DNA of 60,345 nt, taken from assembly GCA_001830245.1 (NCBI GenBank), contig MIDV01000005.1:444-60788 (forward strand), in the 5' to 3' direction. This DNA comes from Lysobacterales bacterium RIFOXYA1_FULL_69_10. Lineage in GTDB: Bacteria > Pseudomonadota > Gammaproteobacteria > Xanthomonadales > Xanthomonadaceae. The notes under the pieces were generated by a model. That model was not told where the DNA came from, did no database searches, and saw nothing but the letters and a program-made list of their open reading frames with translations. Numbering within the stretch: the first letter of the stretch is position 1; every line of letters begins with the position of its first letter. Positions 32,094-40,776 of this stretch are shown piece by piece. Both the position numbers and the translations under genes were made by a program.

Positions 32094-32789
32094 TCAGCGC
32101 AGATCAATATCCGCGAACGATTCGACACGCCGGTGGCCGTGCGTGGCATCGCCGGAACGTGGCTCGGGGTAGTCCTCGCGGCGATCGACCAGCACGGTGG
32201 CCAGGCCGGCCTCGCGCGCGGCATCGAGTTCTTCGACCACGTCCGACAGGAACAGCACGTCGCCGGCGGGTAGCCCCATCGACTCGACGATGCGGCGGTA
32301 GCTGTCGGCCTCGCGCTTGCCGCCGACCTCGGTGTCGAACCAGCCCGAGAACAGGCCGGTCAGGTCGCCGGCATCGCTGTGGCCGAAGAACAGCCGCTGC
32401 GCCGGCACGCTCCCCGACGAGTACACGTACAGCGGCAGGCCATCGGCATGCCAGGCGGGCAGGGCCACAGCGGCGTCGGGGTAGAGGTGTGCGGTGAAAT
32501 CCGCGCCCTTGTACCCGTCCGCCCACACCATGCCCTGCAGCGCCTTGAGCGCGGTGTGCTTGCGGTCCTCGTCGATCCAGCCCTGCAACACCTCGACGAC
32601 CATCGCGTCGTCGCACATGCCGCCGTTCTCGCTGGCCACCACGTCCAGCCACTTGCGAACCGCCGGCTCGCGGCCGCGACGGGCGACGAAGCCGGGCAGG
32701 GCGCGGCGGGCATAGGGAAACAGGACGTCCTTGACGAACGAAATGCTGCTGGTGGTGCCTTCGATGTCGGTCAGGATTGCCTTGGGCAT
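32094..32789 (-). CDS. mtnC: Enolase-phosphatase E1
   Basis: TDIEGTT, YSSGSV.AQ, LFLSD..ELDAA motifs. Confidence 0.95.
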   Translation of the reverse strand: MPKAILTDIEGTTSSISFVKDVLFPYARRALPGFVARRGREPAVRKWLDVVASENGGMCDDAMVVEVLQGWIDEDRKHTALKALQGMVWADGYKGADFTAHLYPDAAVALPAWHADGLPLYVYSSGSVPAQRLFFGHSDAGDLTGLFSGWFDTEVGGKREADSYRRIVESMGLPAGDVLFLSDVVEELDAAREAGLATVLVDRREDYPEPRSGDATHGHRRVESFADIDLR

Positions 32790-32801
32790 GGGTCCGTACG
32801 T

Positions 32802-32891
32802 GCAGGAGCGGCTTCAGCCGCGATGGATGTGGAGTGCGTCGTCTGGCGCAGGAGCCCGGGCGGGCGCGATCGCGGCTGAAGCCGCGCCTGC
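32802..32891. repeat. Degenerate REP family A doublet (GCAG ends)
   Basis: Arms at 32802-32823 and 32870-32891. Confidence 0.82.
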
Positions 32892-32901
32892 AGCCAGCGC
32901 G

Positions 32902-33459
32902 TCAGCGCGCCTGGCCCTTCTCGTAGCGCGGGAAGCGCTGGGCGATGTCGGTGCCGGTGAAGTGGCCGACCCAGCCGTCGGGCTCGGTGAAGAAGCGTAT
33001 GGCGACGAAGCTGGGCTCGGGGCCCATGTCGAACCAGTGCGTGGTGCCGTCGGGCACCGCGATCAGATCGCCCTGTTCGCAGGTGACCTCATAGACCTTC
33101 TCGCCCACGTGCAGGGTGAACAGTCCCGAGCCCGCGACGAAGAACCGGACCTCGTCCTCCTTGTGGAAATGCTCGTCGAGGAACTTGCGCCGCATTTCCG
33201 CCCGGTTGGGGTTGTCCGGGGCGATGCTGACCACGTCGACCGTCTTGAACCCGCGCTCGGACACCAGCCGATCGATGTCGGACCGGTAGGCTTCCATGAT
33301 CGCCTCGGGCGTGTCGCCGGGCTGGACGGGCTGGCTGGCCTCCCACTGCTCGAACCCCACGCCGATGCGTGCCAGCTCGCGTGCCATCTCGGCGTGGTCG
33401 GCGGTCGTCAGCTCGGGGGCGTCGTGTTGGTTCTCGTGGAAAATGCGCAGGCGGCTCAT
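32902..33459 (-). CDS. mtnD: Acireductone dioxygenase
   Basis: [15 protein letters not shown] and HWFD cupin motifs. Confidence 0.95.
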   Translation of the reverse strand: MSRLRIFHENQHDAPELTTADHAEMARELARIGVGFEQWEASQPVQPGDTPEAIMEAYRSDIDRLVSERGFKTVDVVSIAPDNPNRAEMRRKFLDEHFHKEDEVRFFVAGSGLFTLHVGEKVYEVTCEQGDLIAVPDGTTHWFDMGPEPSFVAIRFFTEPDGWVGHFTGTDIAQRFPRYEKGQAR

Positions 33460-34106
33460 CGGTGGCTCCGGGGTTGCAGGCTCAGCAGTTGCAGCTCGCA
33501 GCCGAGCAGGAATTCGAAGGCTTCGAGGTGGCGGCGCGCTTCGGCAATGTCGCGGCCCCAGGCGTACAGGCCATGGCCGTCGATCAGGTAGCCCCACATG
33601 CACTGGCGGTCGAGCAGGGCATCGACCTGCGCGGCCAGCGTGTGCATGTCCTGGCTGTTGGGCAGCACCGGCAGCTCTACTTCGGTCTCATGGGTGGTGT
33701 TGCCCGCGAAGGCTTTCAACAGCTCGTAGCCCTCCAGGTGCACGTGGCCGGCCCCGGCGTACAGGCGCGAGGCCACGGTCTGCGTCTGCGAATGCGTATG
33801 CAGCACGCAGCCGATCTCGGGGAAGCGCTTGTACAGCTGCGTGTGCAGCAGCGTCTCGGCCGAGGACTTCTGGTCGGTGGCGACCGGCTGGCCGTCCAGG
33901 TCGACGACCATGATGTCGCCTTCGGTCAGGCGGCCCTTGTCGCGGCCCGACACGGTGATGGCGACGTGCGCATCGTCCATGCGTCGCGAGAAGTTGCTGC
34001 TGGTGGCCGGTGTCCAGCCGCGCTCGGCCAACTCGCGCACGTTGACGATGATTTCGCCGGCGCAGTGGACCAGCCGTTGCGGATCGTAGGGGAGGGGGGC
34101 GTTCAT
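33456..34106 (-). CDS. mtnB: Methylthioribulose-1-phosphate dehydratase
   Basis: TSSNFS, SAET.LH, HTHS, GHGLY.WG motifs. Confidence 0.95.
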   Translation of the reverse strand: MNAPLPYDPQRLVHCAGEIIVNVRELAERGWTPATSSNFSRRMDDAHVAITVSGRDKGRLTEGDIMVVDLDGQPVATDQKSSAETLLHTQLYKRFPEIGCVLHTHSQTQTVASRLYAGAGHVHLEGYELLKAFAGNTTHETEVELPVLPNSQDMHTLAAQVDALLDRQCMWGYLIDGHGLYAWGRDIAEARRHLEAFEFLLGCELQLLSLQPRSHR

Positions 34107-34179
34107 GCCACGAGTTTAGAACACCCGTGCCGGCATCGCGGCCCCCGCAATGTCCCGGGACGGCACAGGGGCGGCAACG

Positions 34180-34207
34180 AAAAACGGCGCGGATATCCGC
34201 GCCGTTT
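34180..34207 (-). terminator. Intrinsic terminator after permeases
   Basis: Perfect palindrome AAACGGCGCGGA-TA-TCCGCGCCGTTT with T5 on the minus strand. Confidence 0.75.
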
Positions 34208-34231
34208 CCCGGGGATCCTCTACGCGCCGCC

Positions 34232-35527
34232 TCAGGCCGCAGTCGACACCTGGCGTCGGCCGAACATGCGGAACAGGCCCCAGGCGATGGCCATGGCGAT
34301 GCCCGCCCCGAGCAGCATCGTCAGGGTTGTTGACGCCAGCAGCAGGCCGCATGCGACCAGCGCACCGATGCCGAGCAGGCGGTCCCGCATCCCGGGCCGG
34401 CGCTGCTTGGTGCCGACGACCAGGCTGAGGCCCGCCGCGGCGTAGGCCAGCACGACCAGGTTCACCACGACGCCGATGATCAGCCCGAACTGCTCGGAGA
34501 CGTTGGGCGAGAGCGTGAGGAACGCGATGACGCTCATCGCCGAGGCGATGATCAGCAGGCCCCAAGCGGCGGCACCGCGCGAGTTGAGCCGGCCGAACAC
34601 GCCCGGCAGGTAGCCGTGCTGCGCGGCGCGGGCGCCGGTTTCGCCCGTCACCAGCATCCAGCCACCCAGCGTGCCGGTGGCCTTGAGCGCGGCAGCCGCG
34701 GCGATCGCGAGCGCTGCCCACGGCCCGAAGATTTCGGCCGCGACGAGGGCGAAGGGTGCGCTGGACTCGGCCAGTTGCTGCGCCGGGACGATACCCATCA
34801 CCAGCACGGACGACACGATGTAGACGACACCGGCGATGAGGATGCCGCCGACCGTTGCGATCGGGACGTCGCGGTCCGGGTCGCGCACGAGGCCGGCGAT
34901 CATCGCGCCGGTCTCCAGGCCAACGAACGCCCAGAAGATCGCCCCCAGCGAGCCGAACACCACGCCCGCGTCGGACTGGCCGGACACGTTCCATGCCGCG
35001 TCGTAGATGCCGCGGTCGAAGTGCCCCCAGCCGAACAGCAGCACGACGGCCACCGGCGCAAGCCCGAACACCACGCACAGCGACTGGAACTTGGCCACCG
35101 GCTTGGGGCCCATCAGGTTGACCGCGAACATCAGCCAGATCAGCGCGATCTGGCCGCCGACCTGCACCATCGGGTTGCCGCCATCCAGCGGCAGCAGCAT
35201 GACGAGGTAGCCGAATGCCGCCACCGCGATGGCGTTGTTGCCGATCCATGACGACGCCCAGTACAGCGATGTCGCCAGGAAGCTGGCATCACGGCCCAGC
35301 GAGGGGCGGACGTAGTCGTCGGCCGACTGCAGGTCGGGGTACTCGCGGGCCAGCCGCGCGAACGCACCGCCCAGTACCAGCGCCAGCGCGGTGCCGACGA
35401 TCCAGCTGAACACCGTGACGGCGCCGGCCGTGGCCAGGGTGGCGGGCAGCAGGAAGAACCCGGAGCCGATCATGTTGTTGGCCACCACGAAGGTGGCCAA
35501 CACCGGCCCGATCTTGCGGACGGTCAT
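34232..35527 (-). CDS. APC amino-acid/polyamine permease (AdiC/PotE-like)
   Basis: NMIGSGFFLLP and FWAFVGLE motifs; ~12 TM segments. Confidence 0.85.
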   Translation of the reverse strand: MTVRKIGPVLATFVVANNMIGSGFFLLPATLATAGAVTVFSWIVGTALALVLGGAFARLAREYPDLQSADDYVRPSLGRDASFLATSLYWASSWIGNNAIAVAAFGYLVMLLPLDGGNPMVQVGGQIALIWLMFAVNLMGPKPVAKFQSLCVVFGLAPVAVVLLFGWGHFDRGIYDAAWNVSGQSDAGVVFGSLGAIFWAFVGLETGAMIAGLVRDPDRDVPIATVGGILIAGVVYIVSSVLVMGIVPAQQLAESSAPFALVAAEIFGPWAALAIAAAAALKATGTLGGWMLVTGETGARAAQHGYLPGVFGRLNSRGAAAWGLLIIASAMSVIAFLTLSPNVSEQFGLIIGVVVNLVVLAYAAAGLSLVVGTKQRRPGMRDRLLGIGALVACGLLLASTTLTMLLGAGIAMAIAWGLFRMFGRRQVSTAA

Positions 35528-35537
35528 CGACAAGGCC

Positions 35538-37007
35538 TCAGCGACCGTGGCGCAGCTTGCTGTGGCGGTAGCCGTAGCCGAAGTAGATCAGCATGCCGAT
35601 GGCCGTCCAGCCCAGGAACAGGAACCAGTACTCCATGAACGGCTGCGCGAACAGGTACAGGCACGACACCACGCCCAGCGGACACACCACGATCGCCAGC
35701 GGCACGCGGAACGGGCGGTGCAGGCCCGGCTTGGTGTAGCGCAGGATCAGCACGCCGGCGCAGACGGTCGCGAACGCCAGCAGCGTGCCCATCGACACCA
35801 TCTCGCCCAGCAGGCCGATCGGCAGGAAGCCCGCGAGCGTAGCGGCGATGACGCCGACGATGACCGTGCCCACGTAAGGCGTGTGGTACTTCGGATGCAC
35901 CTTGCCGAAGATCTTCGGCAGCAGGCCGTCGCGCGACATCGAATAGAAGATGCGCGGCTGCGCCATCAGCATCACCAGGATGACGGACGACAGGCCGGCG
36001 ATGGCGGCGATCTCCACCAGCGTCTTGAGCCACAGCAGGCTCGGGTACGCCTCCAGCGCGGTCGCTACCGGCTTGGGCGTGCCCAGCTGGCTGTAGGGCA
36101 GCATGCCGGTCAGCACGGCGCACATGGCGATGTAGATGATGGTGCAGATCGCCAGCGAACCGAGGATGCCGATGGGCATGTCGCGCTGCGGGTTCTTGGC
36201 CTCGCCGGCAGCCGTCGACACCGCATCGAAGCCGATGTAGGCGAAGAACACGATCGCTGCGGCGCGCATCACGCCATCCACGCCGAAGCGTCCCGGGCCT
36301 TCGTTCTCCGGGATGAAGGGCACCCAGTTGGCCGGGTCGATGTAGGCGATGCCGAAGCCGATGAACAGCAGGATCACGGTGATCTTGATCGCCACGACGA
36401 TCGCATTGGCGGCCGCCGACTGGGTGATGCCGACATAGCCGATGCCGGTGACCAGCGCGACGATGAACACCGCCGGCAGGTTGAGGATCGCGCCGGTGCG
36501 CGTGAATGCACCTTCGGCGAAGGTGAGCGGCGCGGTCGCGAACAGGTCGGGTATCGGCATGCCCAGCGTGCCGAGGAAACTGTTGAGGTACCCCGACCAG
36601 CCCACCGCGACGGTGGAGGCCGCGAACAGGTACTCCAGCACCAGGCACCAGCCGATGAACCAGGCGACGAATTCCCCCAGCGTTGCGTAGGAGTAGGAGT
36701 AGGCACTGCCCGAGACCGGCATCATCGCGGAGAACTCGGCGTAGCAAAGGCCGGCGAACGCACACGCGATGCCCGCCAGGATGAAGCTCAGCATGATCGC
36801 GGGGCCGGCGTGCTCGGCCGCGGCCTGTCCGGTCAGTACGAAGATGCCTGCGCCGATCACCGCGCCTACGCCCAGCATCATCAGCTGGGTGCCGGTCAGG
36901 GTGCGCTTGAGCGTGGCCTCGCCCTCCAGGCTGCCCTCGAAGGGTTCGCCCGCGTCGACGTGGCCCGCCGGCTCGACCGGCTTGGTGATGAACAGGTTCT
37001 TGAACAT
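35538..37007 (-). CDS. APC cationic amino-acid permease
   Basis: IGAGIFVLTG, CYAEF, GSAYSY, FFAYIGFD motifs. Confidence 0.9.
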   Translation of the reverse strand: MFKNLFITKPVEPAGHVDAGEPFEGSLEGEATLKRTLTGTQLMMLGVGAVIGAGIFVLTGQAAAEHAGPAIMLSFILAGIACAFAGLCYAEFSAMMPVSGSAYSYSYATLGEFVAWFIGWCLVLEYLFAASTVAVGWSGYLNSFLGTLGMPIPDLFATAPLTFAEGAFTRTGAILNLPAVFIVALVTGIGYVGITQSAAANAIVVAIKITVILLFIGFGIAYIDPANWVPFIPENEGPGRFGVDGVMRAAAIVFFAYIGFDAVSTAAGEAKNPQRDMPIGILGSLAICTIIYIAMCAVLTGMLPYSQLGTPKPVATALEAYPSLLWLKTLVEIAAIAGLSSVILVMLMAQPRIFYSMSRDGLLPKIFGKVHPKYHTPYVGTVIVGVIAATLAGFLPIGLLGEMVSMGTLLAFATVCAGVLILRYTKPGLHRPFRVPLAIVVCPLGVVSCLYLFAQPFMEYWFLFLGWTAIGMLIYFGYGYRHSKLRHGR

Positions 37008-37196
37008 CCGGATCCCCAAAAAATAGATGTGTCGGCGAAGGTGCGGCGCGGACACGTGGGCGACGGCGCGATTGCGCGGGCCCACGAGCGGCGGGCCACC
37101 TTACCCCAGCCGTGAAAGCAGCGGCAAGACGCGCTGTGAGGGGTGCGGGCAGGGCACAATCGCGTCCCTGTTCCGTTCGCCCCCGCATTGCTGCAC

Positions 37197-37763
37197 ATGC
37201 ACAATTCCGACGCCGCCCGCTCCGCTCCCCTGCATGCCGAACTGGACCGGTACGTCGCCCGCTGGCCGGATGAAGGGGAGACGGTCGGGCACTTCGCGGC
37301 CCTGCTCGGGGACGGAGTCGACCCGTTCGTCCGGGATCGACTGGCCGGCCATTTCACGGCCTCGGCCTGGCTCGTGTCGCGTTGCGGACAGCGCGTGCTG
37401 ATGACCCACCACCGCAAGCTGCAGCGGTGGCTGCAGCTCGGTGGCCACGCGGACGGCGACCGCGACCTGGCGCAGGTCGCATTGCGGGAAGCGCAGGAGG
37501 AGTCGGGGCTGCCCGGTCTGACGGTCGAGCCGGGCCTGTTCGACCTGGACCGCCACTGGATCCCCGAGCGCGGCGACGTGCCCGGGCATTGGCACTACGA
37601 CGCACGCTATGTCGTGCGCGCCGGAGACGACGAGCGCTACACCGTCAGCGACGAGTCGCTCGCGCTGGCATGGGTCGACATCGACACGGTACTGGCCGAT
37701 CCCGCCAGCGACGCGTCGCTCCGGCGGATGGCGCTCAAGTGGCAGGTGGCGCGTCCGCGCTGA
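37197..37763 (+). CDS. NUDIX hydrolase
   Basis: GHFTASA and GGHADG..A.REAQEESGL Nudix box; start uncertain. Confidence 0.88.
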   Translation: MHNSDAARSAPLHAELDRYVARWPDEGETVGHFAALLGDGVDPFVRDRLAGHFTASAWLVSRCGQRVLMTHHRKLQRWLQLGGHADGDRDLAQVALREAQEESGLPGLTVEPGLFDLDRHWIPERGDVPGHWHYDARYVVRAGDDERYTVSDESLALAWVDIDTVLADPASDASLRRMALKWQVARPR

Positions 37764-39009
37764 CCCCGCCACGGCGCCGCCTGCGCCAGATGTCCATGTG
37801 GCGCATCACGCGCGACGCGCTCAGGCCATGCAGCAGGATCGACATCAGCACGACCAGCGTCACGATCGCCCACAGCCGTTCGCGTTCGGCGAATTCGGCG
37901 TGGTTGAACGCGAACATCAGGTAGTAGAACGAACCGATGCCGCGGATGCCGAACACCGCGACCACCCAGCGCTCGCGCCCGCTCAACCGGCTGCGTGACA
38001 GCGACAGCCAGCCAGAGAGTGGCCGCACCACGAGCACGAACCCCACGGCGAACAGCCAGTCGACCGGCTGCAGCGGATCGAGGATGCCGATGGTCAGCGT
38101 GCCGCCCAGCACGATCAGCAGCAGCGCCGTCAGCAGGCGCTCGACCTGGTCGGCGAACTGGTTCAGCACGCCGTGGTACTCGTGCGTGCGCTCGTAGTGG
38201 CGGATGACCAGCCCCGCGACGAATACCGCCAGGAATCCGTAGCCGTGCACCAGTTCCGTCACGCCGTACACGAACAGCGTGATCGCCAGCGCGGCCAGCC
38301 CGTCGCTGGTGCGCGACAGGTTGGCGCCCTTCGCAGCGCGGAATATCAGGTGCATCAGCCCGTAGCCCAGGCCCCAGCCCATCAGCGCGCCGGCCAGCAG
38401 GCGCCACACGACGTCCAGCCACAGCCAGTGGAGCAGCCAGCCCGGCTCGGCGTCGCCCGCCGCCGCCACCGCGATGGCGATCGCGAGCCAGACGAAGGGG
38501 AACGCCAGGCCGTCGTTGAGGCCGGCCTCCGAGGTGAGGGTGAAGCGGATCGGGTCTTCTTCGCCTTCGCCCGGACCGCCCACCTGCACGTCCGACGCCA
38601 GCACCGGATCGGTGGGTGCGAGCACCGCGCCCAGCAGCACGGCAGACGCCAGCCCGAGGCCCAGCAGGTGCTGGCCGAGCCAGGCCGCCGCCACGATGCA
38701 CAGGGGCATCGTCAACAGCAGCAGGCGCCAGGTCGGCGCCCAGGTCCGCCAGTTGAACGGGGTGTCGATGCGCAGGCCTGCGCCTGCCAGGGCCACGATC
38801 ACGACCAGCTCGGTCAGCTGCTCGGCGAGTTCGCTGTAGCGGAACGGGTCCGGGCGTGGCACCTGCACCGGCAATGCGTACAACGCGAACCCGAGCATCA
38901 CGTAGGCGATCGGGAACGTGACCGGGTGCCGCTTGAGCAGGTGCGGCAGTATCGTCGCGCCGATCAGTGCCAGGCCGACCAGGGCCAGGAGCAGCTTGTA
39001 GGCATCCAT
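37735..39009 (-). CDS. Cation:proton antiporter (CPA1/NhaP-like)
   Basis: LAPTDPVLA, SEAGLNDG, FGIRGIGS motifs. Confidence 0.9.
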   Translation of the reverse strand: MDAYKLLLALVGLALIGATILPHLLKRHPVTFPIAYVMLGFALYALPVQVPRPDPFRYSELAEQLTELVVIVALAGAGLRIDTPFNWRTWAPTWRLLLLTMPLCIVAAAWLGQHLLGLGLASAVLLGAVLAPTDPVLASDVQVGGPGEGEEDPIRFTLTSEAGLNDGLAFPFVWLAIAIAVAAAGDAEPGWLLHWLWLDVVWRLLAGALMGWGLGYGLMHLIFRAAKGANLSRTSDGLAALAITLFVYGVTELVHGYGFLAVFVAGLVIRHYERTHEYHGVLNQFADQVERLLTALLLIVLGGTLTIGILDPLQPVDWLFAVGFVLVVRPLSGWLSLSRSRLSGRERWVVAVFGIRGIGSFYYLMFAFNHAEFAERERLWAIVTLVVLMSILLHGLSASRVMRHMDIWRRRRRGGVSADAPPAT

Positions 39010-39113
39010 CCGGGCGACCGTTGCGGGAGCGGGCGCGCAGTGTCCTCAGTCGCGCGTGAGTGCGGTGCCACGGCGGCGGGCCGTGGCACCGCGTGCAGCC
39101 CTGCCAGCGCGGA

Positions 39114-39680
39114 TCAGTCGGCGCGGCCGGCGAACTCGCCCGTGGTGGTGTTGACCAGCACGCGCTCGCCGGTGCCGATGTATTCCGGGACCATGATTTC
39201 CAGCCCGGTCGACAGGCGCGCCGGCTTGGGTCGCTTGGTCGCAGTGCCGCCCTTCAGCTCCGGCGGTGTCTCGACCACTTCGATCGCCACGCTCTGCGGC
39301 AACTGCAGCGCCACCGGCTGATCGTCGATGATCTGCACGTAGCAGCCGGTCAGGTCGGGGATGACGTAGCCGGCGTCGTCACCGATGGCGTCGGCGTCCA
39401 GGGTGTAGGGCGTGTAGTCCTCGTCGTCCAGGAACACGAATGCCTCGCCGTCCTTGTACGAAAACGTCGCCTGGCGGCGGCTGAGTTCGACTTCCTTGAG
39501 CTCGTCGTCGCCGCCCACGCTGAGGTCGTACTTCTGCCCGCCCGGCACCGAGTACATGGTGAAGCGGTACTTGACGTTGCCGCCACGGCCCTGCGGCGAG
39601 CTGCGCTCGATGTCCCGCACCTGGTAGACGGTACCGTTGTGTTCGACCACGTTTCCTTTCTTGACGTCGTAGGCTTTCAT
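39114..39680 (-). CDS. yeiP: Elongation factor P-like protein EfpL
   Basis: EF-P fold with Arg at loop tip (SPQGRGG); KPA.LSTGL..VPEYI. Confidence 0.9.
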   Translation of the reverse strand: MKAYDVKKGNVVEHNGTVYQVRDIERSSPQGRGGNVKYRFTMYSVPGGQKYDLSVGGDDELKEVELSRRQATFSYKDGEAFVFLDDEDYTPYTLDADAIGDDAGYVIPDLTGCYVQIIDDQPVALQLPQSVAIEVVETPPELKGGTATKRPKPARLSTGLEIMVPEYIGTGERVLVNTTTGEFAGRAD

Positions 39681-39707
39681 GCGTTGTCCGGTGGGTCTGT
39701 ATTTTTT

Positions 39708-39783
39708 GTAGGAGCGGCTTCAGCCGCGAACGGATATCGGCGCGGGCGGCCCGGCTGGAGATCGCGGCTGAAGCCGCTCCTAC
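39708..39783. repeat. GTAG-REP family A inverted doublet
   Basis: Arms at 39708-39729 and 39762-39783. Confidence 0.9.
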
Positions 39784-39798
39784 AGGGGCTGTGAGCGC

Positions 39799-40569
39799 TT
39801 ATTTGGGTGCCAACCGAGTGGCGCCGTCCAGGCGGATGGTCTCGCCGTTGAGGTAGCGGTTGCCGAGGATGTAGGCGACCAGGTCGGCGAACTCCTCCGG
39901 CCGGCCCAGGCGCGACGGGAACGGGATGGAGGCCGACAGCGACTTCTGCACGTCGTCGGGCATGCCATCGACCATCGGCGTCCAGAAGATGCCCGGCGCC
40001 ACCGTCATGACGCGGATGCCGAAGCGCGACAGCTCGCGCGCCATCGGCAGCGTCATGCCGACCACGCCGCCCTTGCTGGCCGAGTACGCGGCCTGGCCGA
40101 TCTGGCCTTCGTAGGCGGCCACCGATGCGGTGTTGACGATCACGCCGCGCTCGCCGTCCTCGCCCGCGTCGTTGTGCTGCATCACCTCGGCCGCGGCCTT
40201 GGCGACGTTGAAGCTGCCGACCAGGTTGACCATGACGGTCGTCTGGAACTGTCCGAGCTTCATCGAGCCCTCGCGACCGAGCACGCGGCCCGCGCCCAGG
40301 ATGCCGGCGCAGTTGATCGCGGCATTCAGGCCGCCGAGGAAGTCCTTCGCGGCAGCGACGTTGGCGGCCACGCCGGCTTCGTCGGTGACGTCGGTCTTGA
40401 AGTAGCGGGCGTTGGCATCGCCCAGCGCGGCCACGGCGGCCGCGCCCTTCTCGTCGTTGACGTCGAACAGGGCGACCTTGCCGCCCTGGGCGACCAGGTG
40501 CTGGGCGACGGCCAGGCCCAGGCCGGACACGCCACCGGTGACGATCGCGCGGGTATCGGAAAGCTGCAT
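39799..40569 (-). CDS. SDR 3-hydroxyacyl-CoA dehydrogenase (HSD10-like)
   Basis: TGGVSGLG, NCAGI, GQIGQAAYSASKGG motifs. Confidence 0.9.
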   Translation of the reverse strand: MQLSDTRAIVTGGVSGLGLAVAQHLVAQGGKVALFDVNDEKGAAAVAALGDANARYFKTDVTDEAGVAANVAAAKDFLGGLNAAINCAGILGAGRVLGREGSMKLGQFQTTVMVNLVGSFNVAKAAAEVMQHNDAGEDGERGVIVNTASVAAYEGQIGQAAYSASKGGVVGMTLPMARELSRFGIRVMTVAPGIFWTPMVDGMPDDVQKSLSASIPFPSRLGRPEEFADLVAYILGNRYLNGETIRLDGATRLAPK

Positions 40570-40638
40570 GGGGGAATCCTGCGGACGGAAAGGCGCGATT
40601 TTAGCGTGGCAGCCGGGGTGGCGTGGCGGGCAGCGTTC

Positions 40639-40767
40639 GTAGGAGCGGCTTCAGCCGCGATCACCAGACGGGTCACTCGCGCTGACTCACGATCGCGGCT
40701 GAAGCCGCTCCTACAAAGTCGCGATGTCGCGTGCCGTGCCCTCGGTCGCGACTCACGTCGCTCCTAC
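40639..40767. repeat. REP A doublet followed by truncated B doublet
   Basis: A arms 40639-40660 and 40693-40714; B remnant AAGTCGCGA at ~40716-40724; inverted B 40746-40767. Confidence 0.85.
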
Positions 40768-40776
40768 AATGGGGCG

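Noticed and set aside
34107-34231. SAM riboswitch upstream of mtnB
   Set aside because: No recognisable aptamer motif; the hairpin is explained as the permease terminator.
37735-37763. 29-bp convergent overlap of the NUDIX and antiporter genes
   Set aside because: Short tail-to-tail overlaps are ordinary.
39114-39680. Functional link between EfpL, tRNA-Pro and the Pro-Pro in the arg leader
   Set aside because: They are tens of kb apart in core gene order; proximity is not evidence.
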